Assembly (NCBI RefSeq): GCF_009834535.1
Contig: NC_045704.1
Location: forward strand, 39,680,001-39,744,000
Direction: 5' to 3'
From: Camelus ferus
Taxonomy: Eukaryota
Length of the DNA: 64,000 bases
Part shown: positions 11,811-23,990 of the stretch, piece after piece
How positions within the stretch are numbered: the stretch's first letter is position 1
Layout: the number at the start of each line of letters is the position of its first letter
Notes under the pieces: model-generated
The model's input: the letters and a program-made list of their open reading frames with translations, nothing else
Database searches by the model: none
What the model was told of the DNA's origin: nothing
Translations under genes and position numbers: made by a program

Positions 11811-13047
11811 TGTCTTAGCGTTTCATGCAGAATCAAACATGGAGGAAGAAAAACAGAAGCCCCTGAAACTAAAGACTTCACTGTTCACAAAACTATAACC
11901 AGTTTAGCAATTTTTTTCAATGTATATTTCATATATGACCTGTTTGCTTAATAGGAGACTTGTGAGAATTCAGGTCAAGGAGAGCGTCCTCATCCCCATG
12001 GCACATGGGAGGAAACAGAGCTCTGGATCTAATGACCTCTGGAAACCTTAACACCCAATTAACACCTCAGAGTCCTAGGTCCCCAAACTCCTCAGTGGGG
12101 AGGAGTCTAATGATAGAAACCTCCCCGGGGTAGGGGAAGGCAAAGGGGGCAGGAAAGGAGGAAACTTGCCCTTGCTAGCAGAAAAGGCTTTAGGGAAATC
12201 TAGCAAGCCTCGGAGGCAGAGGTAGGGAGGTGAGACGGGGGATTTGCAGACAACAATGTAAAGCTAGAGAATTATTAGGTACGCTTTGCAAATCAGAATC
12301 TACCAATGGGAAATATCTACTCAAATAGTCATGTATTTAACCCTTCCCTAAAAAAATGAACCAATGCAACTTTCCTTTGCACTCTCAACAACACTAGTAA
12401 TATGGCAACACTGATTAGGTGCATAATGGATGCACAATATATAATTATGAATTACATTATGAATTAAGAAAAAAGCTCTACACCACCTCCCAGTATTCTA
12501 TACATTTGTGGTAAGAAGCTGTAGTGGAGATGTGCTCCCACAATTCTTCATCCATTCTGATCATGAGAAAAGTTTTGTCTGGTCTGATGGACTCTCAGGC
12601 CAGCAAAAATAGATTGCATGGTCCTTTTAACCTTCTTCCTATTAATCAGATCTGCTAGTTTATCTGCAATGACAAGTTCAAGAGCTAGTGATACAGAAAG
12701 TAATAGATGTAGAAAGAGGAAATAAAAGCGACAGAGTGTGCATGGCAGGTTAGATTTGCTTTTTTGCATATTGTTTATTTACTTTCAATTTTGATGTGTT
12801 TGAGGAGAAAGAAGAAACTCGGAGACACTTACCACTAATGTGAAAGATTTTCAGAAATACAAGAGGAGAATCAGGTTTCTAAGAGGTTTTGTTTAAAAAT
12901 AAAAATGTAGACTTCAGTTTGGCATATGATGGAGTGACTATATTAAAAAAGTGAATTGAATGTGAGGCTGAGGGGTCTTTGAAAGTGACCATGTACTGAG
13001 GTAAAGGCTCACTGCAGTTCAGCATTGCACAAATTGTTGACCTATTA

Positions 13048-13079
13048 GTGTGTGTTTGTGTGTGTGTGTGTGTGTGTGT
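13048..13079. repeat. (TG)n microsatellite with one interruption
   Basis: Read directly. Confidence 0.9.
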
Positions 13080-13313
13080 TTAAAACCTGGCAGTTTTGGA
13101 GCAATGGGGGAAGACTGGAGATTGGACTGAATGTTTCTATAGTCCTGGTAGCTAAATTTAATCTCCTATAGTTAAGTTTAAAAATGGCCAGTCTTTGTTA
13201 TCAGGGCACGAGAAAAATTCTGGCAAACAGCAGAGCTGCAGGGCTTCTCCTATCTCAGCAGGAACCACCTCCGTCAGGACTCTGAGCACTGGAAGAAACA
13301 GGAGGGTCTGGAG

Positions 13314-14937
13314 CAGCAGTTCCCAGAATATGAATTCACAGACCTCTGGGAATCTCACAGCACCCTGCAGGGCATCCAGGAGATCAAAGTTCCCTGCCTT
13401 TCCCACTGTGCTGACATGCGCATTGATAGTGCAAATGTAAGGGAGGACAAAAATGCTGCCACGTTCCCACCCCTCAAGGCGGTGGCACCAAACTATACTA
13501 GGAGTCATGGTACTCCTCACTACCATGTGTTCTCATGATTAAAAAATAATAGTAATAATAAAAGAAGAATTTTAAACAGCCAGTTTCACCTGAGATGTCT
13601 CTGACAAGGCAGTGCAAATTACTCATTTTATTAAATCCCAGCCCTGAGTACACATATTCTTTTTTTTTTTTTTTAGTATTTTATTTATTTATTATTGTAT
13701 TATTCAATTATCCTATTTTGGTCAGGGATAATTAGAATTGCTTACTTTTAGAGGAGGTACTGAGGATTGAACCCATGACCTCGTGCATACTAAGCATGCA
13801 CTCTACCACTTGAGCTACACCCTCCCTCCTTGAGTACACATATTTTTTCAATCTTCTGTGTAATGAAACAGGCAGTACACATAAACCACATCTTATCCAC
13901 AGTGAAGTACGACTGTTGACTCAAGGAATGTAACCTGTGATTGGTTCCGTGACAAGCTGAATAAGCCACGTTTTTTATGGAACCTCATTTACCATAAAAT
14001 GGAAAAGGGAAAGAACAAATGATAGACAAACTATGACTATTCTGACTTGGGTACTTACCAGACATTTTAGCCAAAATTTATAATTTAGAAAACAGAACAA
14101 TTATTTTATTAATAAAATTAACTTACTTCTTCAAAGATAAACAACAGTATTTACTGTCCATGAAAAAAGTTGCACTTTCTAGAACTTAAGGAAATTTATA
14201 TCTGCCTTTATGAGACTGAATCTTCAAGATAGTTAAAGACTTTTTGTGAGACTGATGATCTGATAAAACTACTTGATATGAATTTTTGGATTATTTTATA
14301 ATGAGATTTGGAAGATCTGTATGGCTCAGTAAAAAAAACATTTTCTAAATGCATGATGCTAGAAAATTATGAATTGGCAAAAGATCTATTCAAATATAAG
14401 AGAAACCAATGGATTTAATGGAGCAGAGTATAAAAATTTATTGATATGGTTTCAGATTCCACATTGAAACTAGCTTTTAAGAAATTACCACTTGTGGAGA
14501 TTTTGATGTGATATCAAAGAAAAATATACACAGTAATCTGGAAAGGTTATTAAAATATCTATGCCTTTTTCAACTATTTATTTCTCTGAGACTGGATTTT
14601 CTTCATGTACCTCAATGAAAAAAACATATTGCGACATATTGGATGCAGAAGTAGACAAGAGAATTCAGTAGTCTTCTACCAGGCCAGAAATTAAAGACTT
14701 TTAAAAACATAAAACAATACCACTCTTAAAGAATAATTTTCATTGAAATAATATTATTTATATTACATGTTACACGTTTTTTATTTTAAATGACAATATT
14801 AAAATTTCTCAGTTTGAATTTCTAATATGGCAAATACAGTAAATATTATTCACTTATACCAAACTTTGTGGAATCCCCGTTAAGTTTTAAGAGTATAAAG
14901 GTAGTTTCTTGTGACCAGAAAAATTTGAGAAACACTT
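13314..14937 (+). mobile_element. Essentially full-length Charlie1a-type hAT DNA transposon fossil (about 1.44 kb without the nested SINE)
   Basis: Termini cagcagttccc... and ...aaatttgagaaacactt match Charlie1 TIRs. Flanks gtctggag / atctaaat resemble the nTCTAGAn target. 13847-13927 translates FNLLCNETGSTHKPHLIHSEVRLLTQG, homologous to the hAT transposase HTEVRWLSRG motif. Typical 3' half (cagattccacattgaaactagcttttaagaaattaccacttgt). Confidence 0.9.
13659..13830 (-). mobile_element. Camelid tRNA-derived SINE (Vic-type) nested in Charlie1a
   Basis: Minus strand reads ggagggtgTAGCTCAAGTGGtagagtgcatgcttagtatgcacgaggtcatgGGTTCAATCCtcagtacctcctc..., with A and B boxes and an A-rich tail. Perfect 14-bp TSD TGAGTACACATATT at 13645-13658 and 13831-13844. 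Confidence 0.93.
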
Positions 14938-15411
14938 ATCTAAATTTAATGCAACTGTACCTTAATAAAGTTATCTTTTAAAACTAATGTAATTTAATAT
15001 TATAAACATAGGCTGCTGGTCTGGAATAAAAAAATTATGGGGTTAATATCACAAAGCCTAGGTTTGGAAGTTCCAATGATCACAGGAAAGAACTCACCTT
15101 GTTTCGATTTAAAGCAAGTTTCACAAATGGGGAAATGAACCCCTCCCTCCCTAAAACTTTGTGAATATTAAATAAAATACTATACATCAAACATATAGCA
15201 CAAAGCTGCACATTCAAGTTCCCTGCCTAAAATATTCTTCTTTGAAGCAAACTTAACAATAATTTGCACATCAAAGCAATTCTTCTGAGAAGTTGGACAC
15301 TCATCTCAAATCACAGGTGAATATTATCTCAGGTTATTATGAAGCCCTGGCAATCAATCTGGATGGCTGCAGAAAACAGGAATGAATGCTTTTTCATATG
15401 TATGCTTAGAG

Positions 15412-15562
15412 CAGTGTAAACTTCAGTGAATATCAGAATCACGAATAGATTTCTGCACCCTACCCAGCAATTCTGGGGTGCCATCCAAGCGACTCCATTT
15501 CTAGGAAACTCCCAAGTGATGCTAATATTACTGGTCCAGGCACTGTACTTTGAAGACCACTG
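15412..15562. mobile_element. MER5A-type hAT-Charlie MITE
   Basis: cagtg...atcagaatcac...ctcccaagtgatgctaat...ggtccaggcactgtactttgaagaccactg; decayed 8-bp TSD gcttagag / acttagcg. Confidence 0.8.
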
Positions 15563-17309
15563 ACTTAGCGATCAGAAAGTCCTTTTTTTCCCTATGATTA
15601 AAAAAAAAAAATCCTAAACTATTCTAAGTGGAATTGTTTTATTTGATAATGGCAAATGCCATTTTTAATAAATAGTCCAAGTTGCTCCTTAAGAAATAAT
15701 CAATTTCAGGTTCCAAACATTTTTAGGGACATTCGAGCATTCGTGTCCTGAACACTAAAACACTTAAATTACGTAGAAATCTAGTTTCCATATTTGTCTA
15801 TATAGTCTATTGTCAAATATAGTCGACAACATTTATAGAGCTTCTACTGCGTGCCCAGCACACAGCTTCTCATCCCATCCTATTGTTATAAGACATACGA
15901 GAATCACACTGTTCTTTCACAGAGTTAACTATCAGGCCAAATTTACCTGCTCATCCCGACCCACAGGTACCTGGAATATTTAATAACAAAGTCTCCTTCC
16001 CACCCCCGACTTCTGCCCTCTCTACTGAAAGTTGCTGAAAATAATCATCTTCCCAGGCATCATCAGTGTGTGCTCATGTGAAGGTTAAAGAGCGTCAAAC
16101 TCAAAGCCTGCACTCATAAATACGCAGGATCTTGGTGACTGATGGAGCAATATAATCAAGATAAATGAATATTAGCCTTGGGGGGAGGGGGGAAGAGCTA
16201 CAAACACTTAAAAATCTTCTTATCCAGGCACGTAGTCATCTTTAGTTGCTGTGACTCAAACTAAAATTCAGCTTTCTATTTTTAAACACCTCTGCCTGTT
16301 TTGGCAAAAGGAACAATTTAGAATAAAGAGCTGTTAGTTGTCTTGAGGAGGATTATTTTTAAGACACTCTTAACACACAATTTCCATACAGTTGCTAATT
16401 GTCCCTTACTTTAAAATTCATCCCAAGGACGAGATGCATCTGGTAATGTAAATATCAGCCAGGCACAGGATGCTGCTCTGCGTTAGGATCCACATTACTA
16501 TTCAGTCATAATTAATACACTTCTGAAATAAAGTGTTGACAGCACTCTTATTCAAATATATAGCATATGTTTATAGTCTCACACTTTGAGGTACACACAT
16601 AATTACAATACATGTGTGAGAGAAACTGCAGACATAGCCCAAGGAGCCGCACTTCACTAATTGAAAACTGCCACTGTCCAATTAAAGCATGTGAGACCAG
16701 AGGGTAGCAACACTGTCAAATGCCTATCAGACATGGCCAGGCTGATTAGATAACAAGACAAAATGCAATAAAAAGAGCAAAGAAGTCTTTTGTTGTTCCT
16801 GTTGGTGTTTTAAATAAAACATCCAGAAGCTAACAGAAATCAGGGTACTCACTGCTCTTCCTTATTCCAGTCAAGATGCGATCTCCACAGAATAACGCAC
16901 TGTAGTGAGCAATGCTGAATCGCCTGAAATCACAACGTTCATCTTCCGCCAAACCAAGCCACTGTATGGGGGAGAATACCTATGTCTCCTTGTTTGATGG
17001 TTTTAGTTAGGGGAAGAAGATAATTTCATATTACATTACTTTTGTGCTATTTTTATTTGAGCTCATTAGGAAATAATGAATGCAAGATGTGTAATTATAA
17101 AGGCGCCACCCCACATGCATTTCAAAAGCTTCATGCAATATGAATGTTAAGAGGAATTTAAAGTAGGGTCATTTTTTCTGCAAAAGTACAATATACTGTT
17201 CCTTAGAGGAAGTGCATATTATCAAATGTTAAAATCAAGATTCACAGGAAATAACTGCTCACCCCTAAATGAATTGACTTCTGAAGTACTGTTCTTAGCC
17301 CGTGGTTGC

Positions 17310-17331
17310 GGGGGGGGGGGGGGGGGGGGGG
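17310..17331. repeat. G22 homopolymer
   Basis: 22 consecutive G, followed by acggggcggag. Confidence 0.9.
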
Positions 17332-17469
17332 ACGGGGCGGAGAACAAAGCAAAAGAAAACCTCTAACATTATTATTTCAAAGACGAGTCTTACCAGGGTC
17401 AGGTCAGGAGGTGGCAAGTTAAGTTAAATAAAAAAGAGAAAGAGATGGAGGACAAAGAAAAGTGGAAAT

Positions 17470-17670
17470 ATATAGAACCTAGCACGTGCCATGCACTGTT
17501 CTAATGGATTAAAAGGCATTATTTGATCCTCATACACAGATTGTTTTTATTATTCTCATTTTATAGATGAAAACTCTGAGACAGAGTAGTTAAGTAACCT
17601 GCTCCAGAACACACAAACTAATAAGAAGCAGAACCATGGAGTTTGGTCTTAGATCCAAGAGCATGTGCTC
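17470..17670 (-). mobile_element. MIR SINE
   Basis: attctcattttatagatgaaaactctgagacagagtagttaagtaacctgctccag is the reverse MIR core. Confidence 0.85.
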
Positions 17671-18597
17671 CTGTGTGTGCTTGTGTGGAAACACATTCGT
17701 ATACAGCCATTCTCTTTCTCCATTCCAAATAAATAGTTATTCTTATTTTTTTTTCTTTGAACTCTGTTGGTGCCTCCTTGGAAAGGGAAATAAAAATCTA
17801 TGCTCTAAATATGGGGAGAAGGAAATAGAAGGAACGCTTGCTGAATATTGATCCTTTGGCAGATTTTTCCATAACACGACAACAAACAGGAGAACAGATA
17901 TTTGAACCCGAGCATGCCTGACAGCAGCCCATTAATTTCTAATACCTCACATTCCTTCCCAAAGTCTTCTGATTTATTTATAGACAGTTTTGCTTCCTCT
18001 CTTTGTGACACCTTCCAAATTAACACCTTGATCTATGTCCTTGTTAGCTATTTCTTCCAAAGGGTCAACTCTTGAATTCACCAAACAGATGAAAAGCATT
18101 AGGTGGCAGAAGGACTTTTACGTCCTTTGGTTTCTGTGACACCTGACAGATGGAGCGTATGCCCACAAATGACCCAGCATTCAAACAATTGTTGGCTATG
18201 CAAAAGGAGTCGCCAAGATACAGTGTGCTCATTCACAAGGAAGAACCATTACAGGATTCATAATTTTGATTCAATAGGTTCCATTATTTCTTTTGTGAGC
18301 CTACATAAGTCTCATAAGTAGTAGCAGCAATTATGTGTAGACACATTGGAGACAGGTATCTGGGGTGTGCTGAGTTAATGGTGAGGTTTGGGAGGGAAAA
18401 TGGCTACAAAAGGTCTCATAGAAGATGTTATGCACTTTTTATTTCATGTGGCTAATTACTGCTATTGAACTCTGCCATTAATACCTTTTATGACAATTTC
18501 AAGGATAAAGAGTGAAAAACAACAGGCGTTGCGTGAGCTGTCACCTGTGGCCTGAGTGCTCCGCAGGTGAGTCTTGCCATGTGATTCACTACCACGT

Positions 18598-18845
18598 TAT
18601 AGTAGAAAGAATATGGATTTTGAAGTCACTGAGTCCTCACCCCCGACATTGGTTTGTGATTTAAACATCATGTGAACTTTAAACAAATCATTTTACTTTC
18701 CTTCCCTTCAGTTCCTATGTCACCCTAGGAATAAGAATGCCTCATAGAGTCAGTGTGAGATTTACGGTAAGTATGTTAACTGACAATAGATGTGTACGGT
18801 GTAGGTATAGGTCTTGATTCATCAAATACTGTTTTACTTCTACTT
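18598..18845 (+). mobile_element. MIR SINE
   Basis: tatagtagaaagaatatggattttgaagtc...gtgaactttaaacaaatcatttt...cctcatagagtcagtgtgagattta. Confidence 0.75.
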
Positions 18846-20340
18846 GTATATATTTTTCATTAAACACATACATATATAAATGTTAACTCATAGGTATTAC
18901 TTATACATAAACATGTGGCACAACTCTGTGCCGGGGCAGAATCTGCAGCGATGCCTCGGGACACAGAGCACGAGGGGCCATGTGGACCTACGTGGGATGC
19001 AGCATAATGCTAAAGCCTCAAATGTATCACCTTTAAGTGTTTTTACGTAAGACACTGCTTGACAACAGGGTTAGGCTGTTTAAAAATATTTGAAAATCAT
19101 TGCTCTGAATATTCTAATACCTATGACTAAACGACACAGGAATACTTGAGAGTTCCAACTGCAGTGCCATTTGTACAACGAGTCCTTCTTTTCAGTAGAG
19201 TTAGTAGATTTAGTTCCACTGAATTGCACTTTACATGCAATAGTTGCAATTTTGTGACCTACATTAAGGAGTGCTAGAAATTAAAAGCCCTGTGAAACAC
19301 CTCACTGTGATCTTACAGGGCTAGAGTCAGGATGTTGCTCAGTACCCTGTCTAGTAGACTGTGGGGGTAAAATAGCTCTTCCCAATACTAAGATAGTAAC
19401 AAAATATCTTTAGGTGATTTAGTTTATTTTATCTTATGGATCCTCTGATTTGTACTAGTAGTAAGTTCTGTGAGCCAAAACTGAGAGTCAAAGTGTTGGC
19501 CTCCGCAACAACAAACTTACAGAAATTCTATTATGCATTGTGTATACTAGCTAAATTAACTGTGCCCTTTTGCTCCTATTTGTTTTCAATTTTCATAAAT
19601 TTGTTTTCAACTATGTCTAGTTTATATAGTGCTGTCACCATCTGTATGTTACATTTTGGCTTTACTTGTTTAAAATATGAATTTTCATCTGTGGTAAGGT
19701 TTAATCTGCTGAGATAAATATGGTAAACTTAACTTTTGAGATATTCAAATTCCTGCCCAACGTATGCATATGCTAATTGCATATTACAAATGTTCTATTT
19801 GTAACTCTAAAACTGATAAGAAAGCGCACGCTTACTACGACTCTTGCCTGTTCTGGGTAACCGCATCTATTGTGTGCCTACACTCTACCTCTCCTCCCTT
19901 ACTGCCTGTTATCTCTCATTCCACTGGCACACCCAGCCAGTGAGGGGCCTCACTCCATGATCCCACAGTGGCCCCCATATTAACATAATAACAGTCAGTA
20001 GGAGAGGTTTAGCAACCTTTTACGTGAGCAAATGGAAACAGCACTATATTTTAGAGACTCTATGACAGTGAGTGATATGAGGATTTTTTCGGATGGTGTT
20101 CAAGGTGCAGGTGCTGTTGAATAAGCCACTTTGCCAAAATAATCCTTCTCTATCTTCTAGTAGGACAACAGATTGCGAGCTGAGGCGGCCCCTGGTAGGT
20201 TTAGAAAAGGATGTCTATAAAGAAGCAGAACAGTTTGTTGAACTATATACAAAAATAATTCCTTAATAGAGGTTACAGGTTTTTCTTTAGATGTTTACCT
20301 TTTGTTCGGTACTGTTGTACCTACTTTCCATGCAAAAACT

Positions 20341-20472
20341 TGTATAGCACAGGGCACAATAGTCAGTATCTTGTAATAACCTTCAATGAAGAATATGCAT
20401 GTGTACGCATGACTGGGACATTGTGCTGTACACCAGAAAGTGACACATTGTAACTGACTATACAATTAAAAA
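20341..20472 (+). mobile_element. 5'-truncated camelid-type L1 3' tail (copy A)
   Basis: tgtatagcacaggg...tatcttgtaataacc...catgactgggacattgtgctgtacaccagaaagtgacacattgtaactgactatacaattaaaaa; no clear TSD. Confidence 0.9.
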
Positions 20473-21155
20473 GACAACTCATATAAACTTACTGAGCCTT
20501 GGTTTTCTAATATGGGCAACGAGGCTAAAGCTACACATGTAGTTGCCTAGACGTCAACCCAGTCACCCTGATTCCAGAACTCCTGCTCTTAACCACGTGA
20601 CCACAACAAACGTTTTCTGAGCTAGGTGATTTTGCCCTTGACTATCTCACCAGGAGCTGGTTCTTCATCCACATGGATCGGAGATTCTTGGGAAGAATCC
20701 TAGTGTACTGAGATTGCCAGTAACGATTTCTAATAAGTTCATGAATGGAAAGTTTTTTTTAAATGCCTTCTTTTTTGAATGAGAAGAGAATCAGTTAATC
20801 GATCAATAGACTGATACATACAAAATCTATGTCAGTTACATAACTCAGCCAAAAGCCAAAATGCAAATTACGGATCAGTTTAATAACTGCAAACCTCTTT
20901 TTTCTATGATTCTGTCCCATAACAAATATATGCCAGGGATAGTATTTAAACAGAAGGGTGATCATTAAAGTAAACAACTGCTTACTTAAATTTGTACTCT
21001 GCAGAACTAAGAGCAAAGAGAAATGTTTAAAGTGGGGGAAAAGTATGAATAGTGAAAGTAAAAATCGTATTAATGCAGAGTAACTGCCCAGGAGATTTCT
21101 GTTTAAATTAGGTAAAGTTAGAGAAACACACACGCACACATATACACATATATTT

Positions 21156-21360
21156 TTATTTCTTATTCATTTATACTTTTGTTGAAGTAGAGTTGATTTA
21201 CAATGTTGTGTTAGTTTCTGGTGTGCAGTACAGTGATTCAATTATACATATACATATATATGTATATATATTCCTTTTCATATCTTTTTCATTGTAGGTT
21301 ATTATAAGATATTGAATATAGTTCCCTGTGCTATATATAGTAGGACCTTGTTGTTTATCT
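21156..21360 (-). mobile_element. 5'-truncated cetartiodactyl-type L1 3' tail (copy C, older variant)
   Basis: ttgaagtagagttgatttacaatgttgtgttagtttctggtg...ataagatattgaatatagttccctgtgctata...ggaccttgttgtttatct; possible decayed TSD tacacat(tat)atattt at about 21143 and 21361. Confidence 0.9.
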
Positions 21361-23088
21361 TACACATTATATATTTAAATGAAAAATATAATTTTATTAC
21401 ATTCAAATGAATATAATCTTTAAATGCAAATTAACCAACTGCTGCTAGAACACACCTTAATTTAAGAACAGGATAAAAACTCTTTGTAATTAGCACATTA
21501 AGTCACTGACTTCTGCTTACACTACAATTAGATTGCCTATTCGTCAATGTACCTTTGAAAAGGGTTTGAGGCTAGCTTATTTCTTTTATGCCAAAAGGAA
21601 TGTAAGTTTACAATCCGGCACTGACCCTTGGAGTTCTGGATTCATCACTCACAAACCTTAGGAGACACTTGCTTTGGGCTGAGAACGAGCATTGGGAACT
21701 GTGTGGACCTTTTATTCCATAAAAACAAGCCATAAACTCTTTCATGATCCTGGTAAAAATAATGTCCAGATTTAAAATAACAACTAAAGTAAAAGTCTGT
21801 ACTATATCATTCCTTTCTCCATGGACCATTAAGGGTTTTCTAGCTACAGTTTTGTCTAGTTAAGAAAAGTGATCTCTAGGTATTTGACTGCAACCAAACC
21901 AAACCAAACAAGAGGCCTTAAATGTCACCCTCGATGAAATTTCTGATGGTACTCTACATTACTTGGCTTGAGTCACCCAAGAAACAAAATGCAGGCTTTC
22001 AAAGGAGCCTGCCTTGCTACCTGTTGGCTCCAACTAGCTCAGTGCACATCTAACCACACTCTCGGATTCAAAAGTTGTCAGTACCTCATGTCAAAGACTG
22101 TAGTTACTGCAGCATCTTCTCTGTTTTTGATTATGCCAATCTAAAATTGTGAGATAGATATATATATAAATTAATAACGTCTCGCTTAAAATGAACACAC
22201 TGAAATAACGAGGACTTCGTTTAACATTCATTAGGAATCACCTGGCTTCAGGGCATGCTAAGCGAAACGTAAACTGCCCTGGTCTCTCGTCACACTGTTG
22301 TGCCACTTTTTCTGGATGCTACAAACACCCACGTTCCACCGTCAGTAACTCTGAACCACAATGTTATTTGTGAACCACAACTGTCAATGTCATTTGAACT
22401 TTCTACCAGAAAGTTCATGAGGGATTTGCTTACTGTACTAGGGATAAATGTGAAACAGAAACAGCATAAAAATGGAACCTGCAATTATAAGATACACTTT
22501 TATAAAATCAATGGTATTAAAGGCATGGTCCTGTACACACACACACACATAATCAACAACTGGATTTGAAATGATATGTTATAAAATATAATGAAAAAGT
22601 ACAAAACATCTCCAAGACATACCATAATATTAATTTAGAAGTGAGCACTCTGGAATTTATTAGAGATAATGCTAATAGTAAAGCATTATTAAGACGAAAA
22701 TGCAACTCAAAGGTTTGGATTTATAAAATCCAAAAGTATGTTTGGGGTACATATATGTGCTTCCCCAAATAATCTCCATTTTTTTATCTCCTGGGGAAAA
22801 AGTAATCTGGAGTCATTTGAGTTCTGATATATACAGTGTCCTTGAATACCATGCCATGCTTATGACTTAGAGTGGTCAGGATGAGGATTTAACAGTAAGT
22901 TCAGGGTAGTGAAAATCATGTCCCATCTTATTTTCTGGGCCCCACTACTAACTTGTTAAACTGCCATTGAATGCGTTGGTCTACACTCTGAGGACATAAC
23001 AATGAATAAGTCAGAGATACGTCCTGCCCTCAGTGGTAGACATCCTATCGGACACGATGACTTGACTTGAATTCTACAAAAGAAAACA

Positions 23089-23278
23089 CAGCGGTTAAAT
23101 ATTACCATGAGATCCCCATGTGTGCCTATATTATCTGAGGAATCTTGTTAAAATGCAGATGTCGACTCAGCAAGTCTGTCCTGGGGCCTGAGATCCTGCA
23201 TGTGGAAGAAGCTCCCGGGTGGCACTGACGTTGCTGTGATCTAGGGAGCCCACAAGAGCCACTATGAACAGCAAGGCA
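23089..23278. mobile_element. MER5A-type MITE
   Basis: cagcggtt...cttgttaaaatgcagatgtcgactcagcaagtctg...ggggcctgagatcctgcatg...aagctcccgggtggcactgacgttgctg. Confidence 0.85.
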
Positions 23279-23639
23279 GGAATCCATTCTTTGAAAGGTG
23301 AAAATGAGGGGCAATTGTTTTTATAAGAAAGAAGTTATATTTACCAAGGAGGTTGTTGTCTCCTTTCTTATTCATAGTAATACTGGGAGTGAGGCTTCCT
23401 TGCTTCTATTTGAAATAAACAGCAAGAGAGACGAAGAGAAATTGAATCCAAAGAGAAATCTGAATCCAGGTCCAAAAGTCTTTCTCTTTGCAATCAACCC
23501 CATTCTGCACCAAATTAAGAGGATCAATATTAGTTGAACAGTTTCAAGAAATCAGAATAAATTCAAAGGGTAGAGAGGACAATGAAAATAATAAGGAGAG
23601 GGACAAGAACAGAGGCTGATAAGGAAAGTGACCGGAGAA

Positions 23640-23990
23640 CAGGCTGGAATCGTAGGCAGGGGTACTACGCTCGTGGGCCCCTTACACATATATTAAGGAT
23701 ACTAGACTTTTACCCAAAGGGGTTTGGAGAAATTAATGAAGGACTTACAGCAGGACAATAATACATCCAGATACAAGTTTTTAAAATATCACTCACACTG
23801 CCATGCGGGAAATGGATTGAAAAGAGTGTGAACTTGAAGTCAGGAAAGAAATTTTTAGAAATCAAGTTTTTAAAAAAAATACATGGTGAAATAAATCAGG
23901 CAAGCAACAATGGAAATGTGGCTTAGAGTGGCAACGGCAGAAGTGAAAAGGCATGGTAAAATTTAAGAAATATTTATTGGGATAAAGTAT
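23640..23990 (-). mobile_element. L2 LINE fragment
   Basis: Purine-rich gacttttacccaaaggg...cagatacaagtttttaaaatatcactcacactgccatgcggg...gtggcttagagtggcaacggcagaagtg, typical of reverse-strand L2; approximate ends. Confidence 0.7.

Noticed and set aside
20185-20198. CTCF-like CTACCAGGGGCCGC (12/14); weaker half-matches near 45353 and 49987
   Set aside because: Mismatches fall at highly constrained core positions; not supportable without ChIP or PWM scoring.
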